64,000 nt of DNA from Octopus vulgaris (Eukaryota), in contig OX597823.1 of the NCBI GenBank assembly GCA_951406725.2, positions 69,936,001-70,000,000 of the forward strand, given 5' to 3'. The notes under the pieces were generated by a model that worked only from the letters and a program-made list of their open reading frames with translations, made no database searches and was not told the origin of the DNA. Position numbers and translations under genes: made by a program. Shown one piece after another: positions 1-12,895 of the stretch. Within the stretch, counting starts at the first letter, position 1, and the number at the start of each line of letters is the position of its first letter.

Positions 1-2535
1 CTGGGGTGGATATATTACATAATGTTATGGAATATAACACCAGGTATCGTTCAGGGGCCCTATAAATCAAATTATTAGAAAGGTATTGGGATTGTGTTAA
101 CTTAACGGAATGCTTGTCTTCTTATGCAACCCCAGTGCCCTCTCAAAGCAAATATTTGAGAACCTCTAGTTTAGACAGAAACATTAAATCTGGGAATAAT
201 TCTACTAATCTAAAAACAATCTGTATTATTTACGATCAGATAACTCACACAGCAGCCTTGATGCAATGTGACTATTCAGTTGATCAAGAAGTTAAAACTA
301 CCGTGAATGCCAATGCATAAACATATGACCTTCGCACTCTTTACGTACGATGGTCGACGTTCGAGTATGTTGCCTTGGCACAAAAAAAGGCATCGTGAAA
401 AGTAATATCTTAAAATTAAATTTAAAATTTTTTAATGGTACAACAATCTGCATCGCAAACAGATAGGACGATAAACTGTAACGAGTTCGTCTACCTCACT
501 TTAAGTTCTAAAATGATTTATTAGCTTGTTGGTTTACAGTTTTCACTTTCCATATGTGAGGGGGTATACAGCAGACCTATGTAGTTCAACAGTGAAATAA
601 TTTCTGTCTTCATCGCTGAATCGTTACAGAGTAGAACAAAATGTTTGCTGCGTTTATGCTTAATTATAGACATTTACATTTTAAGTTCAAATACTGCTGA
701 ACATTACTTGACCTTTCACTATTCCAGTATCGATAAAGTATGATAGCACGAAAACGATTCAAAATTCCTATAAGTATCTTAAGTGTAGATGAAATTATAA
801 TAGAATAAGGATATTTCCTTTGATAGCTTAACTGAACAAGTCTATCAAATTCTTTTATCATTAAAGGTAATTTACTAAAACAAAATGTTAAATTTATGTT
901 GTTTATACATTATATCATATTGTTTACGCAGATCTTGTTTATGCACTCTTTGGGTCATTTTTTTTTATGGACGAATATTAAAATGTCTAAAAGTGATGAC
1001 TACAGAATTCCAGAATTTTATTATTTTCTTGATCAAGATTTAATCAGTTTTATTTATTTTCTTTTTTTGCAAGTTATTTCGTTATGTCAATTTTAATAAT
1101 ATAAGCAACCAGCGTAGGAGTATTTAATCAGAGTAACTACAGATCTTTCAAAATTGCCAAGTTTCACTATCACAGAGAAATTAAATAAAAATCTGTACTA
1201 TTATACGTAAATTCCCGGCCATAATTTACATAGTAATTGAACTGTTAAGATTCATACAATTTTTAACGATTATATATTTAAGAATCTACTGTTTTGATTA
1301 GTGTTGGTCCGTCATAATTGATAACTTTTTCTACAACATCGCAATTATATTAGAATGATCTACTTTTATAAAGTGATATCTATCAGAAATGATTATTTAG
1401 ATATCTGTAGACCTTTCATATTTCATCATTTATAATTTTCTTGACTGAGATATGTCAAAAGCTTTTATTTTTGATAACCATTAACGTGTTAGGAATTGCT
1501 GATTTATCATGACCACATTTGTATGCAGGATTTTGGAGCATCAGAAGTCCAGTCAGAATTGCTAATCAATATTACATGAAGCTGCCAGACTTTGCAAATT
1601 TTCTCATTGCGGATATGTCAAAATGTTCGGCTTCAAAGACCGCGTATTCATCTTAGCTTCACAATTTTCATGATCACTGATATTTCAGAAATTTAAAACT
1701 TACAGACAATCAGGCATGCCAGAGTTGATCATTTAGATGACCTCATGTGTATTAGAATATATAATTTTCATGATTGCCAATATGTCACCATATTCAATGT
1801 TGATAACTGACGATATTTTAGGCATGAATTCGTTTTTGTATGAGATCGCTGGATGTGTCAGAATGTTTTATAGTCAAACAGACAGGGTAGACATGATTGA
1901 TAGTTCAGATAACTCTGAACTTGTGAGAATTCTTTTGGCGATTAAAAATATGTCAGAATTTTGAATTCTATTCACCGCTGATCAATCAGAAATGATAATT
2001 TTCATGATTAACAATCTGTGTAAATTTTCTCAGAGTGAATACCAGTATTCATGCAGTACCTGTAAAAATGTCCACTATTATGATTGCATTGATGGATGAA
2101 TCAGATAGCGAAGCAATGTTGTTAATCGGTTAACATTCATCTCTGTCCATAGCTAACATGGTGGTAGTTATTTAGATAGAGATATTTCAACGATTTAATG
2201 TGCGCATTTAGAAATTGGAGGATATTTCATAATTATAATGCACTTAACTGAAATCAGTCAAACTTGCACACTATCGAGAGAAAACAGTGTTTCTCTCTAC
2301 AATTAACAATCTTGATGATAGATGATTTTAACTAAGATTTCTTGTCACACTTTATGATATCAAGGATATCAAGGATTTATAGTTGTCTTGCATACTCTAA
2401 GTGTGGCTCTATCTCAAAGCGATAGCAGATGAAACGGAGCAATCGCAGGAAAGTAGTGATGGTGTTCGTAGTCAAAGTTAGAAATTTGCTTAGTGAAAAT
2501 ATTTATATTCGAGAAGCGTTTGTATATATTTCCTA

Positions 2536-2919
2536 CTAGCAGTATCGCCCGGCGTTGCTCAGGTTTGTAAGGGAAATAACTATAAAGCATTTTTAGAGAG
2601 TTATAGCCAAAAAATAGCAAAAAAATGGAAAACAAATGATGGTAAATTTTTTTGGGAGTTAAAAAAGGTGGAGTTGCGTCCCCTAGACGGTCTGTGGTTT
2701 GGATTTCTGATTCTCGACCCCCATGTAGAATTTATCGATTTTTTTCAGAACTGGGGGAACTTTTCAAAATTTTCGCTGCGTTAGTTTTGAATTATGACAT
2801 TGGGCTATGTGTGTGTCAAGTTTCATCAGAATCGGTTGAAAGCCGTGGTCAGAGTGAGGGTACGAGAAAACAGACACACAGAAAACGCACAGACAAACTG
2901 CCGTTTATATAGAGAGAGA
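2536..2919 (-). mobile_element. Non-autonomous Helitron-like element, copy 1
   Basis: The minus strand starts TCTCTCTCTATATAAACGG and ends GAGCAACGCCGGGCGATACTGCTAG. It has a subterminal GC hairpin, lies between A and T with no TSD, and is nearly identical to 42860-43240. Confidence 0.8.
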
Positions 2920-3109
2920 TGCTTTTGTAACGTCAATATATTAACATTTTGATCAGCGCTTAACCGATTCTCCTCGCACATACACGTAAGAAGAGTGATG
3001 ATAACTATAATGATGAGGACAACGACAACAACACTGGTGATGAAAACGACGTTCGGGGTAACAATGATGATGGTGACAGCTATGATGACAACGTCGACAT
3101 GACTATGTT

Positions 3110-3430
3110 GCTGATGAGGAGGAGGAAAAGGGGGAAGGGGGGAGGGGGAAGGGTGGGAGGGAGAAGGAAGGGGAGGGGAAGGAAGAGGAGGAAGAGGAAA
3201 GGTGGAAGATGAGGAGGAAGGGGAGGAGGAGGAGGAGGAGGAGGAGGAGGAAGGGGAGGAGGAAGGGGGAGGAGGAGGGGAGGAGGAAGGGGAGGAGGAG
3301 GGGGAGGAGGAGCAAGAGGGCAGGAGGATGAAGAGGGGAAGGGGAGGAGGAGGAAAGGAGGGGGAGGAGGAAGAGGAAGAGGAGGAAGAGGAAGAGGAAG
3401 AGGAAGAAGAGGGAAGGAGGAAGGGAGAAA
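3110..3430. repeat. GAG/GGA purine-rich low-complexity tract
   Basis: Imperfect (GAG)n/(GGA)n run; it explains the poly-E and poly-L/P ORFs. Confidence 0.9.
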
Positions 3431-3490
3431 AAGTTTCCTAACAAGAAAACTAAACTAAGAATTCTGAGACACCTTCATGGAACGATGTCA

Positions 3491-3636
3491 GGCAGGCATA
3501 GCTGTGAAGTTAAAAAGCTCACACGAATTCGGGTTCAGTCTTGCTGCGCGGCACCTAGGGCAAACGTCTTCTACTATAGCTCCGAGCTGACCAATGCTTT
3601 TGGCTGATGGAAACTGTGTAGATGTGTATGTGTGTA

Positions 3637-3678
<42 letters not shown>

Positions 3679-3865
3679 TGTTTGTGTGAGGCCTCGCTGC
3701 CTGACAACCGGTTTTGGTTTATTTACGTCTCCGTAAAGTAGCGTTTTGGCATAAGAATAAGTATGTAAGTACTGGAATCGATTTGTTTGACTACCGTTTT
3801 CAATGCGGTGCTCCAGTATGGCTTCAGTTCAATGACTGAAACAAGTAAAAGTTAAAAAGATAAAA
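3491..3865 (+). mobile_element. tRNA-headed SINE family B, degenerate copy
   Basis: Has the gggttcagtc head, ggcacctagggcaa core, internal (TG)n and the tail gctccagtatggc...aatgactgaaacaagtaaaag shared with 37295-37710. Confidence 0.75.
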
Positions 3866-4726
3866 TATAAGAATCTTATCATTAAAAGTATAAGTGATGT
3901 GTTCAACAGTGCGTTTGGCCACATGTTGACACTAGAAGAAAAATTATCAGATTCGAAGTTAGAAAGCAAAGCCATGCAACAAAATACCATATAGCAATGG
4001 GTTCAGCTATCTTTCGTTTCTAATATACAACCGTCCAAACGAAAAATATTTTGATTTTAGCTGTATATTATTTTTCATTTTCGTTTTTTTTTTTTTCGTT
4101 CTTTCTCTTCCATATTCGTGTCTGTTGTGCCTGAAAATAGTAATTTTTAATTAAAGTCTACAGAATTGGGTCATTAGATATTCTGATTGTTGTTAATTAG
4201 CTGCTGTAGTTTTCAATCTTATGATAATTAAATAATGTTGTTTATTGTGATTAGATGTTTATAGTTGTTTGTTAATCAATGATATGCTTTAATGGATGTA
4301 AAATTATCTGCTGGTTATTTCGAGTGATTATTTCGAGTGGTTGGGTAATTTGCACTATGGTGACTACGCTAGTATTAAAATGTATATTTACGCTTGCGTA
4401 TGCGAGAAAATGATTGTGCGTACGAGAGAGCGAGCGTTTCAGTGTAAGCACAAAAGTACTAAAGTGGTTTATCATCGCACCAGGTTTGCAGTGTCGGTTC
4501 GAATTTCCGGTTGTCATTTATTTTAGTATTTCACCAACCTAAACTTTTCTGAAGCAGGAAGATCGATATCAAGATGAGGTACAAGTATAAGTTGAATTTG
4601 AAAGATAATAGTGGAATATATGGAGTATAATAATTAATAGTGGAATAAGTGTAGAAATACATATAGCGTATTAAATAAATATAAAATGATGTCACCTAGC
4701 GTTTGGATGTCACTAAGTTTAATCTA

Positions 4727-6018
4727 CGAGGGACGTTCAATAAGTAATGCCCCTAACCCACTTGCAATTGTTTGATCTAGCTGAAATGTTGCATGTGCAA
4801 TTATTTATATATCTATAGATTAAGTGGCAAATTACAGCTCTGAACTAATTGTGGTTTTTGATTTACAGGTGTTTGAACTGAGTCAGGTGTGAAATGGAGC
4901 CTGTTGAGTATCGAGCAGTGATCCAGTTTTTGTATTTGAAAGGACGCACACCACGGGAGACTTTTGATGAAATGAAACTAACTTATGGTGATGATGCCCT
5001 ATCATATGACCTTGTAAAACGCTGGCATCGTGAATTCAAACATGGACGGAACTCTGTGGAAACAGCTCCCAGATCTGGTCGCCCCCTTCTGTCATTGATG
5101 AGGCAGCTGTCCGTGAATTTGAGGCTGCCATTTTGGAAGATCGACGCATAAATATTCACCAAATAGCCCATGAGCTCAATATTAGTATCAGGTCTGTGGA
5201 AACTATCATTCATGACCATTTGCATATGCAAAAGGTGTCTGCCAGATGGATTCCCAGGTTGCTCACACCTTTCCAGAAGCAAGAACGCGTCGAGTGCTCG
5301 AGGAGGAATTTGGAGATGTGCCAAGAAGATTAGTCAAAATTTTTCAAAAGACTGATTACACAGGATGAAACCTGGGTCCATCACTATGATCCAGAGACCA
5401 AAGCCCAGTCAATGCAGTGGAAGCGCCGTGACTCACCTCCTCCAAAGAAGGCAAGGGTGCAGCCCTCCGCTGGCAAGGTCATGCACACAATCTTCCGGGA
5501 CCAGGACGACGTAGTGATGACAGATTTCCTGGCAAAGGGTACCACAATTACAGGAGTCTCTTATGCTTCACTTTTGAGGAAATTAAGAGAAGCTATCAAA
5601 ATCAGGAGGTGGGGCAAGATCAGCAAAGGCATCCTCCTCCTGCAGGACAACGCTCCGGTTCACAACTCGCGTGTCACCAGATCAGGAGCACAGGCGTGCG
5701 GCTATGGACTCCTCCCCCATCCCCCTACTCTCCCGACCTTGCACCCTCTGATTTTCACCTCTTGCCAGCCATGAAGTTGTTTTTTGAAAGGAAAGCGTTT
5801 CCCAGATGATGCAGCCTTGATTTCTGAAGTCAGGTCGTGGTTGGAGGACCAAGCTGGGGTCTTCTACAAAAACGGTCTCCAAAGCTGCATCAAACAATAG
5901 GAGAAATGCGTAACTCTGGGTGCTTCCTATGTAGAAAAAGGCTAATAACTGTGCCAAGTTTCGTTGCTCTACTGCTATGGGAGGTGGGTCAAGGGCATTA
6001 CTTATTGAACGCCCCTCG
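4727..6018 (+). mobile_element. Full-length mariner (Tc1/mariner) DNA transposon
   Basis: TIRs of ~35 bp (CGAGGGACGTTCAATAAGTAATGCCC.. / ..GGGCATTACTTATTGAACGCCCCTCG), TA duplications at 4725-4726 and 6019-6020, length 1292 bp. Confidence 0.95.
4894..5946 (+). pseudogene. Disrupted mariner transposase
   Basis: N-terminal HTH (YRAVIQFL..PRSGRP), WIPRLL, TQDETWVHHYDPE, LQDNAPVH and PYSPDLAPSDF motifs spread over several frames; in-frame TAG at 5331-5333. Confidence 0.93.
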
Positions 6019-7442
6019 TATAACGTTCAGTTCAACAAAATCTATTTTGTTAAACGCGTTTATGTGTGCGTGCCTGTAGGTGTGTGTAAGTGTGTGTGTG
6101 AATGTGCATGTGTGCGTGTGTGTAAATAAACGCGCTTTTGACACTTTCCTATACGATCAAACGGAGTTATCATCAACGTTACTATACTTCGGCCTCACTC
6201 TCCTATACAAACGCACAAACACTCACTGGTATATCTCCAACCAATTTGCTGATGATAGCGGATTCCAATTTTAAGAGTTATCTTCCTTACTTCTGAGAAT
6301 AATTGATAACTCTAATGGTTATCTTCTCACTGAGATAACTTAATTAAGAAATTACTTCCGGCTCACCACCTCACTAATGGTTTTTCACACTTAACTATAT
6401 GTTTATCATGCAGAAGCCAGGCTTAGAATATTTTCATTTTCGCAATCAGCGAATGTTCTTTACACTGAGAGCAATTTCCACTAGCCGTTCTGACATTGGG
6501 TGGAATATTCTTCGTAAGAAGCTCTGGTAAGACGGAAATATATGAAAAGTAGAGCAAGTTTATTTGTGCGTCAAATTATACATTATATACATTGAAACTT
6601 TGAGTCTGAAGAAATCAGTTTTAACTTTAGATTCACATTTCTTTAACACATTTATTAATGGAATCTCTTGCCTAGATATTCCAGGTCTGTCTCCGACACA
6701 GGAGTATTCAGAAAACTGTTGTAAGTCATGACAGAACAAAACAAAGTTGATCTCATTAATTATCTCTAATAGTTTAAAATTGTTTAACAAGTAAAAATGA
6801 ACTCCTGCAAGCCTAATCTGGATGATAGCAGCATCGTAGTAGTTTTGGCTGCCAAGAATAACGGCTACTGTATTTATGAAAGAGAACAAATATGCTGCTA
6901 AACTAAATTAACACGATAATAGAGGATAACAATGGAATGGTTAACGAAATTCCTTATCTTAACACAACACATGTGATCACGTCAACTAAAAAATAAGAAT
7001 ATGAATCAACTTATCATATTAGTATCGCTTCTATCACCCCTTTCAGTGCCAGTTTCAAAGAGTATTGTAATAGTATTATCATTCATACTGTTGATCTGAA
7101 ATTATCAGATTGTCCGCCACGCTTTTCAACCGAATTTGAAAGAGAGGGAGAGAAAACGGTTAAAGCTATTCTCCTATAACAGAGATCTTTTCCTCTTCTT
7201 TTCTTTTTCAGCTATGACCAAAGGAAAAATATTATCTTGACCAGTGGTTCTCATTTTTTTCTTTTTTATTCGTGGCAAGGTGGTGATCGGAAAAAAAATA
7301 TTCACGATGCACTTTTCATGGAAAGTTAAAAATTGGCGCACTTCGATTGGAAAGTTTCCAGAGTACAATAAAAACTGTTTTAAAAATCAACTTTTAAAAA
7401 ATAACATATAAATCAACTGCTTACCGTTTATTATTTGTACAT

Positions 7443-7697
7443 AATTCTTTCTACTATAGGTACAGGGCCTGGAATTTTAAGGGATGGGTATAATCGACCC
7501 AGAGGTTCGCTGGTACTTACTTATCGACCACGGTACTTATCTTATCGACCAGAGGTTCGCTGGTACGTTTCTTATCGACCACGAAAGGTTGTAAAACAAA
7601 GTTGACGTTCGGCGGAATTTCAGCTCAAAACATAAAATCGGAATACCGCGAAGTATTTTGTCCAGCGTGCTAACGATTCTACCACCTCTCTGTCTTA
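7443..7697 (-). mobile_element. SINE family A, degenerate copy with internal duplication
   Basis: Reverse complement of the family A consensus; atcgaccagaggttcgctggtac is duplicated at ~7493-7580. Confidence 0.65.
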
Positions 7698-7702
7698 AAA
7701 GT

Positions 7703-7920
7703 TTCCCGTGATCACATGACCGACCAGGCTATCAAATGTTGTTACACATCGCTGGTCACAATGCATTTTGCACTGTTCCAGTCTTCAAATGACACCAACC
7801 CGCTGGCTAGAAGGGCAGGCCAACATTCCCACCCGAAAGGGGGACTGGAACAACGTGAAATAACCCATGACCTAGCGATCGTGAGCGCAACAGCCTAGCC
7901 ACTAGGTCACGCGTTTTCAC
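7703..7920 (-). mobile_element. tRNA-headed SINE family C, degenerate copy
   Basis: ggactggaacaacgtgaaata and ccactaggtcacgcg...tcac are shared with the other family C copies. Confidence 0.6.
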
Positions 7921-8434
7921 GTCTTATATATGTGCATAATAAAATTATGAATAATAACGTTTATCAAGACTTTCAAGCGTTAGCATAAATTTTATAGCGC
8001 TTTAAATTGTATTATTTTATAAATCCACACACTCCTAGATACCTCTGCGTACCTGTGCACCGTTTAAGAACGACTGATCTTCATAAAATAACAGCAGTAA
8101 AGATATTAACCTAATTGACTCCGTCATATTGTTCTTTCGGATTTATTAATATGATATGCTTCTATTCCCAAAGTGCTTCGATTTATTAGTTGACTAGCCA
8201 CCCTTTGATTCCACTACGACAGAGCAATCAAGTATAAAACAGACTTCGATTTACTGATACATAATCAAACAATTTCCTACCGAAATGACCTGATATATTT
8301 ACACATTTTTGCCTACAGCAAGAATTTGTCTCCATAACAAAATGCAGTGAATAGCCTTTTCGCGGGTTCGAATATATTTAACATATTTGAATTGGCAACA
8401 AGATTGTGTGTGTGTGTGTCTGTGTGCGTGCATC

Positions 8435-8480
<46 letters not shown>

Positions 8481-8519
8481 GTGGAATAGGGGGGGGCTAC
8501 ATATATACATACATGTTGG

Positions 8520-9090
8520 TATATGGGGTCCACATAGTCACCAGATGCTGGTTGGGTGAGCACCATACTGGGCTAAACCTTCCAAAGAGTGATGCAAACC
8601 CCATGTCCTACTTCGACCTCTTCATGGTACCACCTGGATCTAAACCAACAGGAGATGACGACTGCGGGTGTCTGGTGCTGTATAACCAGGCCGCACCGAG
8701 CAGACGGGGCTCGTTTGGAATGATCGGCAGCCTCTCTAGGAGAAGGACATTCCGATATAAAACCTATGACTCGATGACCTCTCTGTCATCGTCCCTGCTT
8801 GCTGGACCACAGTAGATGAACTCCGGGTGTATAGGGCGGGTCCAGTTCTGCGCAGACTGCACTTCACCTTAAAACTCCATTGCGCAGGCCGAAGGACCTG
8901 TATACGTCCATGACCATGATCCAACTCCCCAAGCCCTGTAACAAAACATTGTGCTCTGTCGTAGTAGAATCAGAATCAAAGGGTGGCTGGACAACTAATA
9001 ATTACACTGTGCAAAAACAAAGGGGAAAGTCAGACTACTCAAACTACCGGGGGATCACTCTGCTTTCCGCAGCAGGAAAAGAACTTGAAT
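8520..9090 (+). mobile_element. RTE-clade LINE remnant (5' UTR-like part joined to a pre-RT fragment)
   Basis: GC-rich segment with ctaggagaaggacattccgatataaaacc, followed by GKSDYSNYRGITLLSAAGK, the conserved motif just upstream of RTE reverse transcriptases. Confidence 0.7.
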
Positions 9091-9591
9091 ATCGGAGGCA
9101 GAGTAATATGCTTTATTATTAAAGCTGCAAAATATCACAAAAATCTGCTACTCGGAGCTTCACATTCCCGTTCGTCGAGCAATTGTGATTAAGAATGAAA
9201 TAAATATTGTGATTATATGTATAATGTATATTTTGATACGATTCAAATTGACAGATACACATTTGAATTTGATTGGTTGATTTCACTAATGGTCTTTTGG
9301 AAGTATGCAATTTGAGACAGTAAGTATAAAATAGAAAATAAAAATACATGACTATCGTGTGGTTTAAATTTGTAAAACAAACTTACATTTCTATTGATTA
9401 ATTAGTCATTTATTTACCATTAATTTATCTATTGTGGGCATGCATGATTTCTTTTTGACTCAAGATATTTTCAAGGATTTCTTTCATTATATATGTGATA
9501 TTTTTGTGATGTCTTTGCAACAGACATACAGACAAGCAGACAGACAAACTGACAGACAGACTGACAGACAGGCAGGCAGTCAGGCTTATAA

Positions 9592-9661
<70 letters not shown>
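9592..9661. repeat. (GATA)n microsatellite preceded by (GACA)n
   Basis: Direct reading. Confidence 0.95.
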
Positions 9662-9939
9662 GTCTCTAATGGTTTCACTGTTTATGTTTAACGGTGTTGT
9701 GTAGAGTTACATATTTTTGTGTTGAAAATCTAGCTTTGAGATTCGATTAATAATAATCGATAAAATAAATGCCAGGTTGAAAAAAGTGCTAAAAATTATA
9801 TGATAGGCTAATAAAACTTTCAGAATTTGGTATCCAGCATAAAATAAACGAATGTGTTTTAGCTGGCTCGGATATATGATAATCTGACCCGAATAGAGGA
9901 TTTCACCTCTCTTAATAACTTATGGATTTGTGTTTAGAG

Positions 9940-10103
9940 AAATGTTTCCTAACCTGGGGTGCAAAAATTTGTTTCAGGGGTGAAAATTTAAATTAAACAT
10001 CGTTTGTATTTGAATACCACTTGAGAGGAGTTAAAGAGGAGTGCCAGCCAATGCGATTTGACATCAATGGAGCGTTAGTGTAACAAAACTTTGGTAAACA
10101 CCG
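9940..10103. mobile_element. Degenerate hAT-type MITE
   Basis: Ends aaatgtttcctaacc / tttggtaaacaccg resemble CAGTGTTTCCCAA-type TIRs; imperfect 8-bp flanks gtttagag / gtgtagaa. Confidence 0.45.
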
Positions 10104-12101
10104 GTGTAGAACATAATAACTTAAGAAAGTAGAACTTGTGAATTACAAAGTATTCTCATATTCATTCAAGATCGTGGTAGGCAATAGAATTTATTGAATT
10201 CTCCTATTGAATAATTGTATGTCTTGCACAGACCACAATCAGTTTCCTTAGATTGTGATTTTACTTTATGGACATGTAAGCATAATTCATCTGAATATGA
10301 CTGACGATTGGACTTGACGATAGCTGTAAGACGAAGCCTTTAAGCAGTAAATGTAAAGCTAGAAGTCGAAAAACGGCGCGATTCGAATGCCAGTATTTAC
10401 TTTTCTTCCGAACTTAGCTTGCTTTGCCAATGTTATTTACTTGGTGAGTGGTTGTTTAAGCGAAACCCTACTTGAATAGACGTTTCGTAAAGTAAAAGTA
10501 CCCTAACATCAATATGTTTGGGATCTAGTCTTTTTCATTCGCAAAAAGAGGCCCATTTAATTTTTCTCTGATTGCTTTCAATTTCGTTGTATCGATGCAA
10601 CTCTGAATTTTGATTACGGTCAACCAGTTATTTTATCTGATGTTATTTGGTATTCATGTTGGAAAATTTGGGTAATTTTAGCCAATTAACAGACAGAGAG
10701 GAATTAACAACTTGTAACCATGACAACCACACATTGTGTTGTGTTCCACCTGCATGTTGTGTTGATTCTTCATACAACGAGACTTATTTCACCGGCGTGT
10801 TTTGTTTTAATAAAAATTTATATTTATCAATTAGAATTTTATTATAGATATTTTTCGTCAATCGTAATATTTTACATATTTTTCATATATAACAAAAGTT
10901 GTTTGCGATGTTTATACAGTTTCTAGGCAATATGAAGGTGAATGGAATATGTGAACTTAGTACAGATAATTTGACATTATTTTTGAATTTTGCATGCAAA
11001 AACATATAAGATACAGGTATTGCTTTTCTTGAGACAAATTCTATTTTGACCAGTGTTATTCTTATCGTAGTTTATAAATGCAAGCATGAAAACATTACTC
11101 AACTTTGAAGTTTTGGGGACACACACACACACACACACATGCACATTAATGATGTAAACAAATACATGATAGGTGATCATAATACTGAAATACGCGTAAA
11201 CACATGCAACAAATATTTTTATATTACAAATCTTTTTTTAAATAATAAACATATACAATCAATGAAGAGGCAAAAGAAACAGTAGGATGATACATATTGA
11301 TTTTATTGGGTATTTCTGTTTATTTTTAAACCTACAATGAAGAGGTCATTTCACAGGCGCTAAACGATAAATTTCACAGGGTACAACCTTAAAGTTGATA
11401 CCGCTCCACTAAACGCAGAAAATTTGTCTCGCTATTGGCTATAAATACACGCTTTTTTCGATTTTTAAACCTCTGGAACGTTTTCCTCCAACTTTTTTCT
11501 CCACAACATCAAACCTTCATAGCAATTAGACTGGAAAACTAAATTATTATAGCCGATTTTCAGATTTTTTACTGTCTTTTTAAAAAATGCATATTTTGCG
11601 AATAAAAAAAACTATATCCGATGTTTGTACTAAAATGGACACGTTTGTACTAAAAAAGACGCGTGGGATAGAGAGTTGTTGATGAGATCAAAGGACGAAA
11701 AAGCTTTGACAAAGAAACTAAAATAATAATAATAATAATAATAATAATAAAGCTGAAGTGAAGGCCAAATACATAGTGCGTGTGCTTTATTGGCAAAATA
11801 CTACAATTCACAAGTATAACAATATCTACAAAAATCTATGCAGCAATCTTGTCGTAAGCATTTTGACAATTAAAACAATATTGATCCACATAATCAAGTT
11901 TTCCCAGGAATTGTTTTAAACAACATTGAGATTTTCAATGTATAATACTGTTTTTATAATATTAAATAATTATGGAATTTCAAGACCATTTTAAGAGTGA
12001 CTTTTTAACACTTCGCATAAAAGTAAGCTTAAAACTGTTAGTTGGCAGATTCGAAGGAGCAACGATTTTCATTCTCTCTCTCTCTGTCTCTCTCTCACAC
12101 A

Positions 12102-12167
<66 letters not shown>

Positions 12168-12579
12168 GAGTTCAAAGCTGGCTAATGTTTGCTTGCCTTT
12201 CATCTTTTTGGGTTTATAAGTAAAATACTTGTCCAAAAGTGTGTCACACTAGTCCAGCCTAAGAATTGCATTAAAAGAACTCGTATCTGTGGGAATTCTC
12301 ATCTACTTACACTTCCATTTAGAATAAGAACTCAAGTCTGGATATCGGTATGTTTAATCCATAACTGTGAGTTCAATAAAATCTATTTTGCCAGACTCGC
12401 GGTTGTTTATGTGTACGTGTGTCGAATATCTGAATGCTCATCGTCGACAACACGACAACGACGGACAAACTCCCAAATGCAAATCTATAAATCGAAATCT
12501 CAAATTATGACCTTGAAATTCGTTGTGCTCATATATTCTACTATCCAAAACCGCGTATACCCGAACTGATGCAAATATG

Positions 12580-12895
12580 GTAAAGGGTAAAAACTTCCTT
12601 TGGTCACGAATGACCATGGGATTGCATCTAGAATGTTCCCCTCTGAGGGGACAAACCTGAACAAGGTTGTTTATGGAAGACCAGCAGTCGCCCTTGCATA
12701 CCATCCTCCCCTCTCCACGCCACCGATGTTATCCAAGAGAAAGGCAAAAAATTATACAGCTTGGCATCAGTGACGTCGCAAAGTGAAATAAAGTGTCTTG
12801 CTCATGAACACAACACAAAGCTCGGTCCGGGAATCGAACTCACTACCTCATGAGCATGAGGCCAACGATCTAACCACTGAGCCATGCGCCTTCAC
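12580..12895 (-). mobile_element. SINE family C copy
   Basis: The minus strand reads gtgaaggcgcatggctcagtggttaga (A box) and gagttcgattcccgg (B box); matches 52515-52851. Confidence 0.8.

Noticed and set aside
727-866. Possible exon between ttccag and gtaatt
   Set aside because: Stop codons in all three frames.
3202-3441. Glu/Gly-rich acidic ORF
   Set aside because: Low-complexity purine tract with no convincing splice sites or unique coding sequence.
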